Positions 9,554 through 20,526 of a stretch of 64,000 nt of DNA are shown one piece after another (position 1 is the stretch's first letter; each line of letters starts with the position of its first letter). The DNA is taken from the IMG/VR virus record IMGVR_UViG_3300009370_000022, one strand, 5' to 3'. A model generated the notes under the pieces. It saw only the letters and a list, made by a program, of their open reading frames with translations. It did not search any database and was not told the origin of the DNA. The stretch comes from an uncultured virus (IMG/VR IMGVR_UViG_3300009370_000022) (Duplodnaviria > Heunggongvirae > Uroviricota > Caudoviricetes). A program made the translations under genes and the position numbers.

Positions 9554-12500
9554 GTTAATCTGTTCCTATTTATTCGTTGTGCCAATACCTGGTCACTCGG
9601 AGATAGTAACGCAGTCTGTGTCTGTGTCAAGCCTGTAATTGGACTTAAAGTAAGGGGTTGACGGTTAAAAACCTGAGGGTTTATATTACTTGCACCAGAT
9701 GGTGTTTGTTGAAGATTACCTTCAGGTAATGGAGAAGGATTTAAATTAAACCTGTCGGTTAAATCCGGCCATTCATTCATATCTAATCTAAATGTTTCCA
9801 TCATTCCTTTTAAAGAATCAAGAGGTCCTTCCGCAGCATAAAAAGGATTAGTTACCCCTAACTTTCTTGCGTTCTCTTCAAAAACTTCTTGAACATTTTT
9901 AGAAATATTAAATGGAATAAAATAATTATCGTATGCCAAAGCTTCAGCATCTTTTTTAGATATTCTTCCTAATACTGTTTCTAATTTACTAGGAGTCACA
10001 CCTAAAACTTCTCCTGCTGTAATATTTAAAGTCATGTCCTTCATTGCTTCCCACTTAGCTTTGTTAGATATAATATATCTATCTATAATTTGTTGTGGAG
10101 TTACTTCTTCTCCTCTTAATAGCTCTGCATTAAATTCTCTTCGTGCATCTCTAATTGATCTTTGGTATGCACTCATCATAAAGTCTAGACTTCTTGCAGG
10201 ATCTATTGGTACCGGTCTATAACCGGTAAACCCTAGAGCTTCATCACTAAGTTGATAAGTTTCTCCTGTTCCTCTAAACGGTCCAACCGTTTTACTTGGT
10301 TCTCCTTTAGCAGCAAAACCTAAACGAATCATTTGTTGAGCAGAGAATGGAGCCTGCGCTCTAACAAGGTGAGCCATGATGGCGGATACTCTTTCACCCA
10401 TTGGTGTTGCATCGGTGTATAAAACTTTTCCGTCTTTAGTTTTACCTCCCCCTCTGATTACATCTAAGAATGCTTCGGTCCAAATTGATTCAGAAATAAA
10501 AGGCTGACCTAATTCTGCAGTTGAAGTAGCTAAACCTTTCATGAATCCTTCCATTAAAGTTTTTTCATCTGTCTCTCCTTGAGCTACCATATTCAATACA
10601 GTTTGAACGGGTCTCGTAACTGTGTCATAAGCAAAGCCATGACTAAAGTCTATATATTTTAAATTACCTTCTTCATCTCTCATAGGTAAGATGGTAGAGT
10701 TCTTAGACCAATCAGGTAAGAATCTTTTTAATGCTTCAAGTTCATCATCAGTGTAATCATAAATTGTTTTAAACATTTCAACCATTGTTGGTGGGACTAC
10801 AGCTGTAGTGGCTGCAAAACCAGTCAGCCTTTTCATTCCAATCGTTCTAGTAATTGGATCGTTAATTTCTTTTAATCCTTGTTGAACAATCCCTGTAGAT
10901 GTTCTTAAAATTTCTGCCGGGAATGATACGAAGTTTCCAAGAGGAAGTTTTCTTAAACTTCTAATAAACTCTGGAACATATTCATAGTTAGGGACAGTGT
11001 TTCTAACAATGTCTGCTGTCATTTCTTTAAGTCTTTGCTCCGTAGGCATCTCTTTAATTAAACCTTTATCAAAAGCTCTTTTATATGCATTCTTATATCT
11101 GTATCTTTCCATTACCCAGTTACCTAGTTTCCAGAAATCATCTTCTGCTACATACATATCTTGACTCCACTTAGCAAACTTCTTAGCCCAGTTAGGTTGT
11201 AACATCATTTTAGTTAGACGGTCGGTAGCTAACTTTCCTTGACCAAATGTACTGCCTACATCCTGAAAGAGTCTCATCATGTCTCCAGCTCTTGCATTAG
11301 TATTAGTCACTCCTAATTCTACTGCTTCGTCATAAAGTTCTTGAGCTAGTTTACTATTTTGTTTGATAGTTTGAGGTTGAAGAGCACCAAAGGAATCTCT
11401 CCATGCAGCGGCTAATGTCTTAGGATTTTCAAACCAGATACCATTGGCTGTTTGAAAAGTAGCAGCACTAAAAAAGTTTCTTGCGTGAGTGATAGGTGAG
11501 AACACGGTCTTAGCAAATTGAGATGTAGCTTTAGGAAATAAAAATAAAGAATCATAAAGGAACCCTATTGTTTTATTATTAAATAAAGATTTCTGTGTAG
11601 TATCTAATGCTTCAGCTAATGATTTTTCCATCCAAGCTCCATCAGGAAATGCATTAATGATAGGGTTCTGTGCGGCTGTCTCTCCCCATGCGGACCCAGC
11701 GGGTCTTGCTTCGTACTTTGCTACGTCTATATTATTTAAGGTAGCTCGTGCTGCTCCCTCTGTTGCAAACAAGAAGGGTCTGCCACCTGCAGCTGTGGCT
11801 CTTAGCTCAGGTGTCAGTGCATCCCATTCTTTTTGTCTTCTTGCCGATCTTTCTACCAGGTTCGTTAAGAATTCATTTTTTCTAGCTACCAGAGATAAAC
11901 GTTCTGTTCCATGTAACATTTTTTGTCTGACATCTTTCATTTCTCCAAATAATTCTCTGAATGCTTTACTTCCTTGACCGATAACAGTCTTTTCTGGAAG
12001 ACCTTCTTTACCTATGGTTGCATATCTTCCTTTAGTAACTGCTTGTTCTAATCTTTTTGTAAACATATCTGTCTTAGCAAGATCGGCTGCCACAGAATCT
12101 TTCACAAAGTTTGTATTAATATTAAAGGTGGGAACTCTTAAAGCTCTGGTGACTTCAGTGTCCTTCATAATTTTTAAAATATCTTTGTCTCCTTGCGTGG
12201 AATTTTTTAAAATAGTATCTACTTCCCACTCCGCTTGTTCTTTAGTTAAAGGAGTAGGAGGTGTGGTTCCCTGAGCTTCTGCTCTGGAAATAGCTTTTCT
12301 GTTTTGTCTCATAAATATATTAACTACTTTATTAAAAGCTTCTTCCGCAGGTTTATAATTTAAAAAAGGAATAGCTGATTTGTTTTCAAAAATTCCATAT
12401 GTTCTTCCTAACCATCCTTTAAATTGATCCCCTATCATTAATCTAAATTGGGGTCGAGCAGTTAAGGGAAGTTGAGCATGAATAAGTTCTGCCATGTTCT

Positions 12501-13629
12501 CCCATTTCTTTCTCATCAACCCTATATTTTGAAAAATATTACCAACGTGTTCAGGATTAGCTCCGTTGTTTAAAAGTTTTTTACTGATTGTTTCAATCAT
12601 CTGAGGATTCATTTCTCCCATTGTAACTCTACCTGCATCATCAACCCCCGCTTTACCAGAGAATAAAACATCTTCTAAATCTTTATATAATAATTCTTTT
12701 TCTGCTCTTGTTGTTTTATTAAAAGTAGATTTAATATTAGGAAAGATTCTATCTATATCTCTATCGACAGCTCTTGATAAACTAACAGCTCTAGTTAAAT
12801 CTTTAGATCTTTTTCCAATTTGTTCTCTCTTAGTTAAGAAAGCTTCTTCCGGTATATCTCCTCTCGGTCTAAATCTGTGAGCTAAACTATTTAAAATTCT
12901 ATCCCCCCAACTGTTAGAATACTTTAAAGCTTTACCTCGGGTTGCAACTTTTTTTATAGCTGCACCTGTTCCACCTATAACTCCTGTAAGTAAGGCACCT
13001 TCAGTTCCAAACTTAACTCTATTTAATATGGATCTCGCTGCTCTGTCTTTACCTTCTTTTAAAGATAAGTCTTGAAGTTCAGTTGGTCCTCCTAATAAAT
13101 CTCCTAGTGTTCCAAAGTCTTCTACGTCTGCAACAAAAACTCCTTCAGCAACCCCTCCAGCTACAGCACCGGCTGCAAACTTTGCAACCTTACCTTTTTT
13201 ATTTAATTCTAAAGCTTTCTGTCCTGCTTTAGCTAGTGTTGGATTGTTAAGTGTAAAATATTTTCCTTTGTTAGCAGATTTAATTGCCCAGTTAGCTGCC
13301 TTAGTTCCATATCTAAATGCAATACCACCAGGTATACCAATGTTAACAAGAGCTGCTGTAATTTTACCAGCAGTTGTTGCTTCTGCTTTCTCTTCTATGT
13401 TCCCTAATTTTTTATAAACATTATCATCAAACCATTTCTCTACTTCAAGAGCTGTGTCTGTATCATTCGTCAGATCATAGATGTTTGCGTATAAAGATGC
13501 TGCCCCTTCGGGAATTTTAATTAAACCTGTTGCAATTCCTGCACCAATTGACTCTATTAAACTTGCTTGATTTTCTTCTTCCGGCTCTATAAGTTTTTGA
13601 GAGTCGTATTTTTGCCAGTCAATAGCCAT
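9550..13629 (-). CDS. Large internal virion/DNA ejection protein
   Basis: 1359 aa with Ala/Gly-rich amphipathic segments; last and largest gene of the post-nozzle cluster, as in podoviral ejectosomes. Confidence 0.7.
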   Translation of the reverse strand: MAIDWQKYDSQKLIEPEEENQASLIESIGAGIATGLIKIPEGAASLYANIYDLTNDTDTALEVEKWFDDNVYKKLGNIEEKAEATTAGKITAALVNIGIPGGIAFRYGTKAANWAIKSANKGKYFTLNNPTLAKAGQKALELNKKGKVAKFAAGAVAGGVAEGVFVADVEDFGTLGDLLGGPTELQDLSLKEGKDRAARSILNRVKFGTEGALLTGVIGGTGAAIKKVATRGKALKYSNSWGDRILNSLAHRFRPRGDIPEEAFLTKREQIGKRSKDLTRAVSLSRAVDRDIDRIFPNIKSTFNKTTRAEKELLYKDLEDVLFSGKAGVDDAGRVTMGEMNPQMIETISKKLLNNGANPEHVGNIFQNIGLMRKKWENMAELIHAQLPLTARPQFRLMIGDQFKGWLGRTYGIFENKSAIPFLNYKPAEEAFNKVVNIFMRQNRKAISRAEAQGTTPPTPLTKEQAEWEVDTILKNSTQGDKDILKIMKDTEVTRALRVPTFNINTNFVKDSVAADLAKTDMFTKRLEQAVTKGRYATIGKEGLPEKTVIGQGSKAFRELFGEMKDVRQKMLHGTERLSLVARKNEFLTNLVERSARRQKEWDALTPELRATAAGGRPFLFATEGAARATLNNIDVAKYEARPAGSAWGETAAQNPIINAFPDGAWMEKSLAEALDTTQKSLFNNKTIGFLYDSLFLFPKATSQFAKTVFSPITHARNFFSAATFQTANGIWFENPKTLAAAWRDSFGALQPQTIKQNSKLAQELYDEAVELGVTNTNARAGDMMRLFQDVGSTFGQGKLATDRLTKMMLQPNWAKKFAKWSQDMYVAEDDFWKLGNWVMERYRYKNAYKRAFDKGLIKEMPTEQRLKEMTADIVRNTVPNYEYVPEFIRSLRKLPLGNFVSFPAEILRTSTGIVQQGLKEINDPITRTIGMKRLTGFAATTAVVPPTMVEMFKTIYDYTDDELEALKRFLPDWSKNSTILPMRDEEGNLKYIDFSHGFAYDTVTRPVQTVLNMVAQGETDEKTLMEGFMKGLATSTAELGQPFISESIWTEAFLDVIRGGGKTKDGKVLYTDATPMGERVSAIMAHLVRAQAPFSAQQMIRLGFAAKGEPSKTVGPFRGTGETYQLSDEALGFTGYRPVPIDPARSLDFMMSAYQRSIRDARREFNAELLRGEEVTPQQIIDRYIISNKAKWEAMKDMTLNITAGEVLGVTPSKLETVLGRISKKDAEALAYDNYFIPFNISKNVQEVFEENARKLGVTNPFYAAEGPLDSLKGMMETFRLDMNEWPDLTDRFNLNPSPLPEGNLQQTPSGASNINPQVFNRQPLTLSPITGLTQTQTALLSPSDQVLAQRINRNRLT

Positions 13630-13635
13630 GACTTA

Positions 13636-14718
13636 CTACCCCTCTAAAATTTCTTCAACCGAAACAGACCAGTCTACTCCACCTGTTCCAACTTTAGAAT
13701 CATCTTTTATTCCTACTTCTCCTTCAAGAGAAACAACTATAGTTCCGTTTTTAATTTTGGCTAATTGTTTTGGATTGTTTACATCAACTGAGTCTGCCAC
13801 TCCTCGTTTACCACCTAGAACAGCTCTTAATGCTTTAGCTATTCCTTGCCCGGTTTGTCCTCCAGGTAAACTCATTAAATCCTCATATCTTTGTAGGTCT
13901 GTTAAGGTAGGGTCTCTTTTAAGCGCCGCAATTCTTTTATTCCAAATGGCTTCTGCCTGTTCACCTTTTAATGTTTGAACATCCATTGCACTCTGGTCTT
14001 TTTGACTTTGTATAGCGCTTAAAATTTTAGCTCTGTCTTTAAGATCCATAGCTGCGAGTGTAGCTTTGCTTGCTTCATCTCCAAAGCCAGTTAGTCCTTC
14101 TGATATAGCTGCTGCTCTTTTCTCTGCAGTAGGAGCACCTCCCCATTTAACTGCCGCTGCCGCTGCTTTCATTAAAGCATTTCCTCTTCCAAGTTTTTTC
14201 TTGGCTTCAATATTTTTATCTAAGAAAGCAAAAGGATCTACGTCTATGTCTGTTGTGTTTTGGGTTCGTAAAAATTTTGCATCAGGGCTACTATCTATTT
14301 CACCACTTAGCTCTTTTTGTTTCATGGCCATAGTACTACTAGGAGATATAACTTCCTCCTCTGTTACATCTTCATATTTACCATATAAAGGATGCTCTCC
14401 TCCTGGAAGATTTCTATTTCCTTGGGTTTCTTCAAGTTTTTGCTGTTGTCTATTTTCCCACGTGGGTTTAGAAAAAGGCATATTTTTTATCCACATAGGA
14501 ACTTCTTCCCAAGTATCATATCCACTCATCCATCCGCTTTGTTGAGCGGGGTCGATCCAATAGTCATCTACATATAAAGAATTTTGAGCTTTCACTCTCC
14601 CACCATAATTATATCTTTGTCTCTCTTCATTACTAACCAAGTTAGCAGATATACCTGTACCGTAAGCAGGTGACTTGACCTGTTTAAACATTGGTCTATT
14701 TAAAATATGTTTTTTCAT
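13636..14718 (-). CDS. Putative internal virion protein
   Basis: ILNRPMF N-terminus, YNYGGRV motif; within the ejection cluster. Confidence 0.6.
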   Translation of the reverse strand: MKKHILNRPMFKQVKSPAYGTGISANLVSNEERQRYNYGGRVKAQNSLYVDDYWIDPAQQSGWMSGYDTWEEVPMWIKNMPFSKPTWENRQQQKLEETQGNRNLPGGEHPLYGKYEDVTEEEVISPSSTMAMKQKELSGEIDSSPDAKFLRTQNTTDIDVDPFAFLDKNIEAKKKLGRGNALMKAAAAAVKWGGAPTAEKRAAAISEGLTGFGDEASKATLAAMDLKDRAKILSAIQSQKDQSAMDVQTLKGEQAEAIWNKRIAALKRDPTLTDLQRYEDLMSLPGGQTGQGIAKALRAVLGGKRGVADSVDVNNPKQLAKIKNGTIVVSLEGEVGIKDDSKVGTGGVDWSVSVEEILEG

Positions 14719-15629
14719 TATGCGCTTTGAAACATTCCTAAGTTTTTCATACCAGCATAACCTAAGCCTGCACCGATACCCATACCTAGTAAGTTCTGCA
14801 TAGGGCTTGCTGCTGGTTGGTCGGTCATTCTAGTTCCACCAGGGTAACCACCCATCAATCCTGTTAACTGTTCACCCATGAAACCATATCTTTGATAAGG
14901 TTCATACAATGCCATCTTCTGTTGAGCTGAATAAGTATCAGCTAATGCTTGTCTGTAAGCTTGTTCGCCTTGACCTAACTGAGAAATGTTTCCTACATTC
15001 CCCATTGCTAATTGAGGTTGAAGCTGTGCTAGTCCTGTTAGGTTTCCAAAATCTTGTTGTCTTGCCATCTGTGCTTGATTAAATGCTTGTCCTGTTTGTT
15101 GAGCAACCATCTGTCCAATCATTTTATTGTATTCTGTATCAGCTACCGACTGTTGAACTCCTTGTCTTGCTCCACCAAAAGCTCCTGCGCCTACCGCTTG
15201 AGCATTTCTTGCAATGTCTTGTTGAGCTTTAACGTCAGCCATTTGATCTTTCATTGCTTGAATAACATTAGTCGTGTAAGGACTCATGTAAGAAGAGATA
15301 GTTCCTGCTCCTGTTCCTGCTCCTGTACCTGTTAAGGCTGCGGCATCTGTTAAGTAAGGTTGATAGCCAGCGATTCCTGTACCACCAGCCCCAATCCCTG
15401 TAACTTGCCCAGTAGTGGAATCAAAGGTTAATTGACCTAAACCTGCTTGACTTGCTGCAGCTTGCTGCGCTGCTTGGCCTACTGCCCCAATCCCTGCTAC
15501 AGTTGGTTGAAATTTTGTTGTATCGATTGGCTTTGCACCTAATCTTGTAAGACCTTCACCGAAGGTTTTACCCATCGTTTCAATAAACGGTGCTGGTAAA
15601 TTAGTTTGTGTTATTGTTTCTGTTGCCAT
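14718..15629 (-). CDS. Putative DNA ejection/pilot protein
   Basis: Gln/Ala/Gly-rich; YMSPY, GAFGGAR; hydrophobic C-terminus. Confidence 0.65.
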   Translation of the reverse strand: MATETITQTNLPAPFIETMGKTFGEGLTRLGAKPIDTTKFQPTVAGIGAVGQAAQQAAASQAGLGQLTFDSTTGQVTGIGAGGTGIAGYQPYLTDAAALTGTGAGTGAGTISSYMSPYTTNVIQAMKDQMADVKAQQDIARNAQAVGAGAFGGARQGVQQSVADTEYNKMIGQMVAQQTGQAFNQAQMARQQDFGNLTGLAQLQPQLAMGNVGNISQLGQGEQAYRQALADTYSAQQKMALYEPYQRYGFMGEQLTGLMGGYPGGTRMTDQPAASPMQNLLGMGIGAGLGYAGMKNLGMFQSA

Positions 15630-17875
15630 TAGCTTAGTGCTTTTCCTATTGGTTCATACTTGTGCATCATGTCGTACATTCTTTTTGCACCTAAATCTCT
15701 GTCTCCACCACCGATACCTTTCACAGCATCAGAAGTGACAACGAATTCTCCTTGAGCTAATAATGCTCTGACATCATCATGCTTTTCTTTTTTACCGTGT
15801 GGTTGGTAACCACCTATATCTCTAAAATCTAATTGAGGTCCGTCCTTAGATGGAATAACGGGTTGTTCTGATCCCATAGCATATCTAGTTCTCATTAAAC
15901 CACCACCTGCTGCTTCAACTACTTCTTCTTCTTCTACCTCTTCTGATTCTTCTACAACTTCCGGTCTACCTGCTGCTTGGTCTTTACTTCTAATAGCGAT
16001 AGCCATCTCTACTAATTCGTCTTTAGTTCTACCTCTTAATTGTTCCATAGGTATTCCCATAGAAGCTAACATTCTAATTAGCTTTAATAATTCTCCATCG
16101 TCTTCCTTTTTAGCCAGCGTCGCTGCAGCTTGTGTGCCACTGATCCCTGGTCCTTGGGCCGGGATTCCTGGTCTTTGACCCATCATAGGATTTCCTCTTC
16201 CCATCATAGGATTGCCACGCATCTGACCTTGGGCCATTAAATTCTGTTGGTTAAAAGGGTTCATGCCCGGCGAGCCCATGGCTCCCAGACCTCTGTTCAT
16301 CATAGGATTCATAGGGTTATTCATACCACCCATTCCTCCTCCATACAAGCCAATTCTCCCGCCTCTGTTAAGTAAAGCTTTGTACTTAGTAGTGTCGTCA
16401 AACAATGGAGTCGTTGGACCTCCTGCCCAATCTTCCCATTCTTTAAATCCATAATAGTCTCCTGTTGTTTCACCAGTTCTTGTGCCACCCACACCACTTT
16501 GAGCTGCCAGCCATGCGTCATAGCTAGGGTATCCTAATCTTTGCCATTCTGGTTGAGCACCTCTACCTTCTCCTCCTTGAGTAGGAGTAGGACCTGGAAA
16601 TAATCTGTCCCAGTCTGCTTGTGTCATATTGTTTCTATCTAAAATATCTTGACCTTCAGTAACTCTTCCTAAAAGTTCTACTCCACTTCCTTTTTTAGCT
16701 GGATTAAGATTAGGATTATAGGTTGCTTGACCATAATCTTTGATACCTTGTATATCCGAGGCCATTGCAATTAATTGGTCTTCTGTTAAATTTTCAGCCC
16801 ATTCAGGAACTTGACCACCTAATCCTTGAATTAATGCCCCCCAAATATTTGATGCTGCAGGACTTAATAAATTCATCTTTCTCATAGCTAAAACTTTATT
16901 TCTATTAAGTCCGGATTGATAAGATTTATTTCTAAAATCATTTATCCTCATTCCTATAGTAGGTTTTTCTACAAGAGGTGGAGGTCTAAAAAATTGTCCG
17001 TAGTTTGTATCTTGTTGCTGTGTTTTTAGGTCAGATGCGATTTTTTGTTTTCTTAATGCTTCTTGAAATCCTACATCTACTTTTCCATCGCCAGCACCAC
17101 CACTCCACGCATCCTTGGCTGCCATGGCTACTGCTTCTCTATTTCTATCTTCGTTGGGATTGCCTCCTCCGTATTGCATCCCAATCCTTCCACCTTGAGC
17201 ATTTTGTTCTCTCATTGCATCAAGCATTTTATTAAATTCTTCTACTGATACAGGTTCTATACCCATTGATTTCATTTCTTGTATATAGTTATAATACATT
17301 TCCGCACGATCAGATATATCTCCTCCCATGTCATACCCAATTCTTCCGCCTTGAGCTAGACCTATAAGTCCGCCTTCAGCTTTAGCGAATAATTCTTTTT
17401 CAGCCATGGCTCTGGCTGTCTCTTCATCGTGTCCTTGCTCAATTAACCAATCAGTCCATTCATCTACAAACATTTTTCTTGAATTTAAATAACCTTCATG
17501 ACCTGAAGTATCTATTACTGTTTTACTTTCTTCTAATACATCATCTCCCAGAGCACCAGCTGCCATAGCAGTACCACCAGCGGTAATGTAAGGATGTTTT
17601 TTAGCAAAGCCCAGTGCTTTAGTTAAAATTCCAGTAGGATCAGCACCAGGATTAGCAACACCTGGTACACCTTCTGCATATAACCATGGAGCTTTAGCAG
17701 TTAACATTTTTTTCCACCCTGCACCGCCTGCGCCATAACCACCCATCATTGGAGCCCCATAATAAAGAGCAGCTAAACCTGCTATTTTACCTAGCGGACT
17801 TCTTAATATCTTTTTGAAAGGTTTTGTTATACCTTTAACTGCCTTACCTACTGCTTTGAATGGATTAAATCCCAT
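15629..17875 (-). CDS. Internal virion protein with repeated GG motifs and a C-terminal GEFV domain
   Basis: LAQGGRIG, NAQGGRIG, LNRGGRIG; C-terminal DDVRALLAQGEFVV. Confidence 0.65.
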   Translation of the reverse strand: MGFNPFKAVGKAVKGITKPFKKILRSPLGKIAGLAALYYGAPMMGGYGAGGAGWKKMLTAKAPWLYAEGVPGVANPGADPTGILTKALGFAKKHPYITAGGTAMAAGALGDDVLEESKTVIDTSGHEGYLNSRKMFVDEWTDWLIEQGHDEETARAMAEKELFAKAEGGLIGLAQGGRIGYDMGGDISDRAEMYYNYIQEMKSMGIEPVSVEEFNKMLDAMREQNAQGGRIGMQYGGGNPNEDRNREAVAMAAKDAWSGGAGDGKVDVGFQEALRKQKIASDLKTQQQDTNYGQFFRPPPLVEKPTIGMRINDFRNKSYQSGLNRNKVLAMRKMNLLSPAASNIWGALIQGLGGQVPEWAENLTEDQLIAMASDIQGIKDYGQATYNPNLNPAKKGSGVELLGRVTEGQDILDRNNMTQADWDRLFPGPTPTQGGEGRGAQPEWQRLGYPSYDAWLAAQSGVGGTRTGETTGDYYGFKEWEDWAGGPTTPLFDDTTKYKALLNRGGRIGLYGGGMGGMNNPMNPMMNRGLGAMGSPGMNPFNQQNLMAQGQMRGNPMMGRGNPMMGQRPGIPAQGPGISGTQAAATLAKKEDDGELLKLIRMLASMGIPMEQLRGRTKDELVEMAIAIRSKDQAAGRPEVVEESEEVEEEEVVEAAGGGLMRTRYAMGSEQPVIPSKDGPQLDFRDIGGYQPHGKKEKHDDVRALLAQGEFVVTSDAVKGIGGGDRDLGAKRMYDMMHKYEPIGKALS

Positions 17876-17941
17876 AATTTTTCCTTGTAATTTGTGATAG
17901 CAGGTTGAAGGGTAGTCCTGAAAACCCTAATCTATATGATA

Positions 17942-18802
17942 TTACTTAATTTTTCTGCCTTCGTCAATGAATCTTCCACGATAAGCAAAGTCCCCATGAT
18001 GAGTAATGTAGGCATCCACATTAGCATAGATCTTACCACCAAGAGCAGTCCATCTATTACAAAATGCGTAATCTTCCCCTATGAATTCTCCTGTTTCTTG
18101 GTTAAAATCAGTATCAAAAAAGTTCCACATCTCATCTTCTCCTGCCAGAATACCGTTAACTAAATGCTTTTGTTTAATAAGTAATTTAGGATAAGCTTTA
18201 GCCATTTTTTCAAAGACTTCTCTTTTAATTAACATACACCCAGCTGGTCCTTTTTTAATTTCTACTAAACCATCTACACTTTCAATATTATTTTTATCTG
18301 GAAATTCCATGCAATAATAGTAAGGACATTCTTCAATTGGTCTTCCACTTTTTTCTGCCATATCTCTGGCTTTATCCCAATTAACTGCTTTCATGGGATA
18401 AGGTGTAAGTACAATATCTTTATCTGCTTTTAACATCATAAGAATAGAGGTAGCATCAAATTCAATATCTGAATCAATGAATAAAAGATGTGACATTTTA
18501 GAATTTAAGAAAGATTGTACACACATATTTCTCCCTGTAATAATAATGGAAGATCTTACCATATGAAATTGAGGAATAATATTTTGTGACAAGCACAGAC
18601 TTTGAAGTTCTAATAAAGATTTCACACAACTTAATTTAATCTCTCCCATGTTAGGAGTAGCTACAAACAAAGTATCTTTAAGGTGAGAATGTAATGTAGT
18701 GTCTATTATTTGGCTACCATTGATGGTGTTCTGTTCATACAATTTAACCTCAGGATCAAATTTATCATCAGTTAAAAAGCTATCATTTGCTTCCATCTTC
18801 AT
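17942..18802 (-). CDS. GT-A fold glycosyltransferase-like protein
   Basis: FVATP, GRNMCV, HLLFIDSDI (DxD), GCMLIKREVFE, GEDYAFC. Confidence 0.85.
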   Translation of the reverse strand: MKMEANDSFLTDDKFDPEVKLYEQNTINGSQIIDTTLHSHLKDTLFVATPNMGEIKLSCVKSLLELQSLCLSQNIIPQFHMVRSSIIITGRNMCVQSFLNSKMSHLLFIDSDIEFDATSILMMLKADKDIVLTPYPMKAVNWDKARDMAEKSGRPIEECPYYYCMEFPDKNNIESVDGLVEIKKGPAGCMLIKREVFEKMAKAYPKLLIKQKHLVNGILAGEDEMWNFFDTDFNQETGEFIGEDYAFCNRWTALGGKIYANVDAYITHHGDFAYRGRFIDEGRKIK

Positions 18803-19742
18803 GGGGGAGTCCTTTCTGTATCAAAGCATTATTTAAAAAAGCTATCCATTCTTTAACTCTTTGATCCCAATCATAGAAGTGCATAAAATGTTGTCGTTGA
18901 TTTTCTAATCTATTTTGAATATCTTTTTGAGGTAGTATTTTTTTAATATATTTAACATGCTGTGCATAATCTAAGGCCAATTGTTTAGGGTTCTTATTGT
19001 AGTTAACATAGAATCCATAGTCATGACATGTTTCAAACAATGCCCCAAAGTTAGTTACCAAGGGTATACATCCTGCGGCCATCGCTTCTATAGCTGAGTT
19101 ACATGAAGTTTCTTCCCAGATCGAAGGGTAAGCAAAGATATGGCTATCTTGTAAAGCTTGGAATACTTCTTCTTGAGGAGCATATCCTTTGAAGTTAACA
19201 TTCTTCATTGATTTTGCATGCTCATAGATAGGTTGATAATATTTATCATTAGCTTCTTTAAAAGAATCTCCATATATTTGAGTAGAACTATAAACATCTA
19301 GTATAATATTCTCATCTTTAAGAAAATGCATAGCGGCTAACAATACATTTAATCCTCTCCAAGGAGTAATGTGATGAATTAATTTTAAAGTTTCACCTTC
19401 TGTGTAATGTTTTTTAGGTTGCCAATTGAATTTCGGTAAGGCATTTTTAATAACAAAAGAACGAGAAGTAGGAATATCAAAATGAATCCTAAACTTTTCA
19501 TAATTCCAATGAGAATTAAAAACATACCAATCATATTTAACATGATTCTCTTTTCGTAAGAACCAGGGCCTAAGGTTTGGTTGATCATAAGAATTTTTTT
19601 GCCATAGTATATTTAATTTACTTTGATCAATAGGATGTTTTTCTGGTACAGATGTAGTAATAGCAATCTTCTTCCAGTAATGTTTAGGAAGTCTCTTTCT
19701 AAGTTCTTCCAACTGTATCTCTGTTCCACCTTTAGCTTTCAT
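18783..19742 (-). CDS. GT-B (GT4-like) glycosyltransferase
   Basis: GGTE, PWRGL, YPSIWEETSCNSAIEAMAAG, GALFET. Confidence 0.9.
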   Translation of the reverse strand: MKAKGGTEIQLEELRKRLPKHYWKKIAITTSVPEKHPIDQSKLNILWQKNSYDQPNLRPWFLRKENHVKYDWYVFNSHWNYEKFRIHFDIPTSRSFVIKNALPKFNWQPKKHYTEGETLKLIHHITPWRGLNVLLAAMHFLKDENIILDVYSSTQIYGDSFKEANDKYYQPIYEHAKSMKNVNFKGYAPQEEVFQALQDSHIFAYPSIWEETSCNSAIEAMAAGCIPLVTNFGALFETCHDYGFYVNYNKNPKQLALDYAQHVKYIKKILPQKDIQNRLENQRQHFMHFYDWDQRVKEWIAFLNNALIQKGLPHEDGSK

Positions 19743-19992
19743 TTGGGTTTTTTACTGTACCCCCCACTAAATCAATGTGTGGTGCAATAATAGTTACATC
19801 TCTCCTTATATGTTCTCGCTGGGTAGTAGTAGCTGGGTTATCTACATCATCGTCAGCTTCTTTATCCGAATTATATTCTTGATTGGTTTGAGTATTCCAT
19901 AATTTAACAATAGTCTTTCCTCTATACTTAGGAACTTTTTCACCATTGATCATAGCATACCCTAAAAATTCACCTTTTTCTTCAAAACTCAT
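19732..19992 (-). CDS. Hypothetical protein
   Basis: Tightly packed in the operon. Confidence 0.6.
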   Translation of the reverse strand: MSFEEKGEFLGYAMINGEKVPKYRGKTIVKLWNTQTNQEYNSDKEADDDVDNPATTTQREHIRRDVTIIAPHIDLVGGTVKNPNES

Positions 19993-20336
19993 TATGTTCT
20001 ATCCTGTTCTAACACGCTAACAAATACATTAGCAGATGTTACTGTTGTTTGAAAGTGTAAAGCGTCTGATTCTTCTAACACTAATAGAGTACTTTCGTCT
20101 CCTTGAAGGAACTCTTTTTTGGTAGCTGCCGTAACTGACGATTCTCCTTTATAAACATAAGAAGCACTAGCACTATTATCATGTACTTTTAAAATCCAAT
20201 TAGTAGCGGAACTTGGATGAGTATTATAAGCAGAAATAGATTTTACCAATGCTACATTTGCGGCTGGACAAGTATACACAGTGGTAATATCTGTGGTTGC
20301 TAGTGGTGTAATATTAATTTTATATTTATTAGCCAT
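19992..20336 (-). CDS. Small beta-rich virion protein
   Basis: MAN start, VYTCP, LVLEESD; similar to the 30250-30642 protein. Confidence 0.6.
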   Translation of the reverse strand: MANKYKINITPLATTDITTVYTCPAANVALVKSISAYNTHPSSATNWILKVHDNSASASYVYKGESSVTAATKKEFLQGDESTLLVLEESDALHFQTTVTSANVFVSVLEQDRT

Positions 20337-20358
20337 TTCTTCTTTTCTATTTTATACC

Positions 20359-20526
20359 TTAACTTGTAAATAAAGTAAAGGCTTCCATTTCATCCTTTAA
20401 CTGTTGCTGATAAGTAGTGTTTAATTTTTGTACAATATTAACTACATTGTTTGATAAACCTTGTACATTAATTTGTTGAAACTCCGGTCCTAAAATATCT
20501 GTTACAACTTCAACTATCTTTGCCAT
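20359..20526 (-). CDS. Small protein (55 aa), not in the ORF track
   Basis: MAKIVEVVTDILGPEFQQ...EMEAFTLFTS; TAATG overlap with the nozzle gene. Confidence 0.65.
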   Translation of the reverse strand: MAKIVEVVTDILGPEFQQINVQGLSNNVVNIVQKLNTTYQQQLKDEMEAFTLFTS

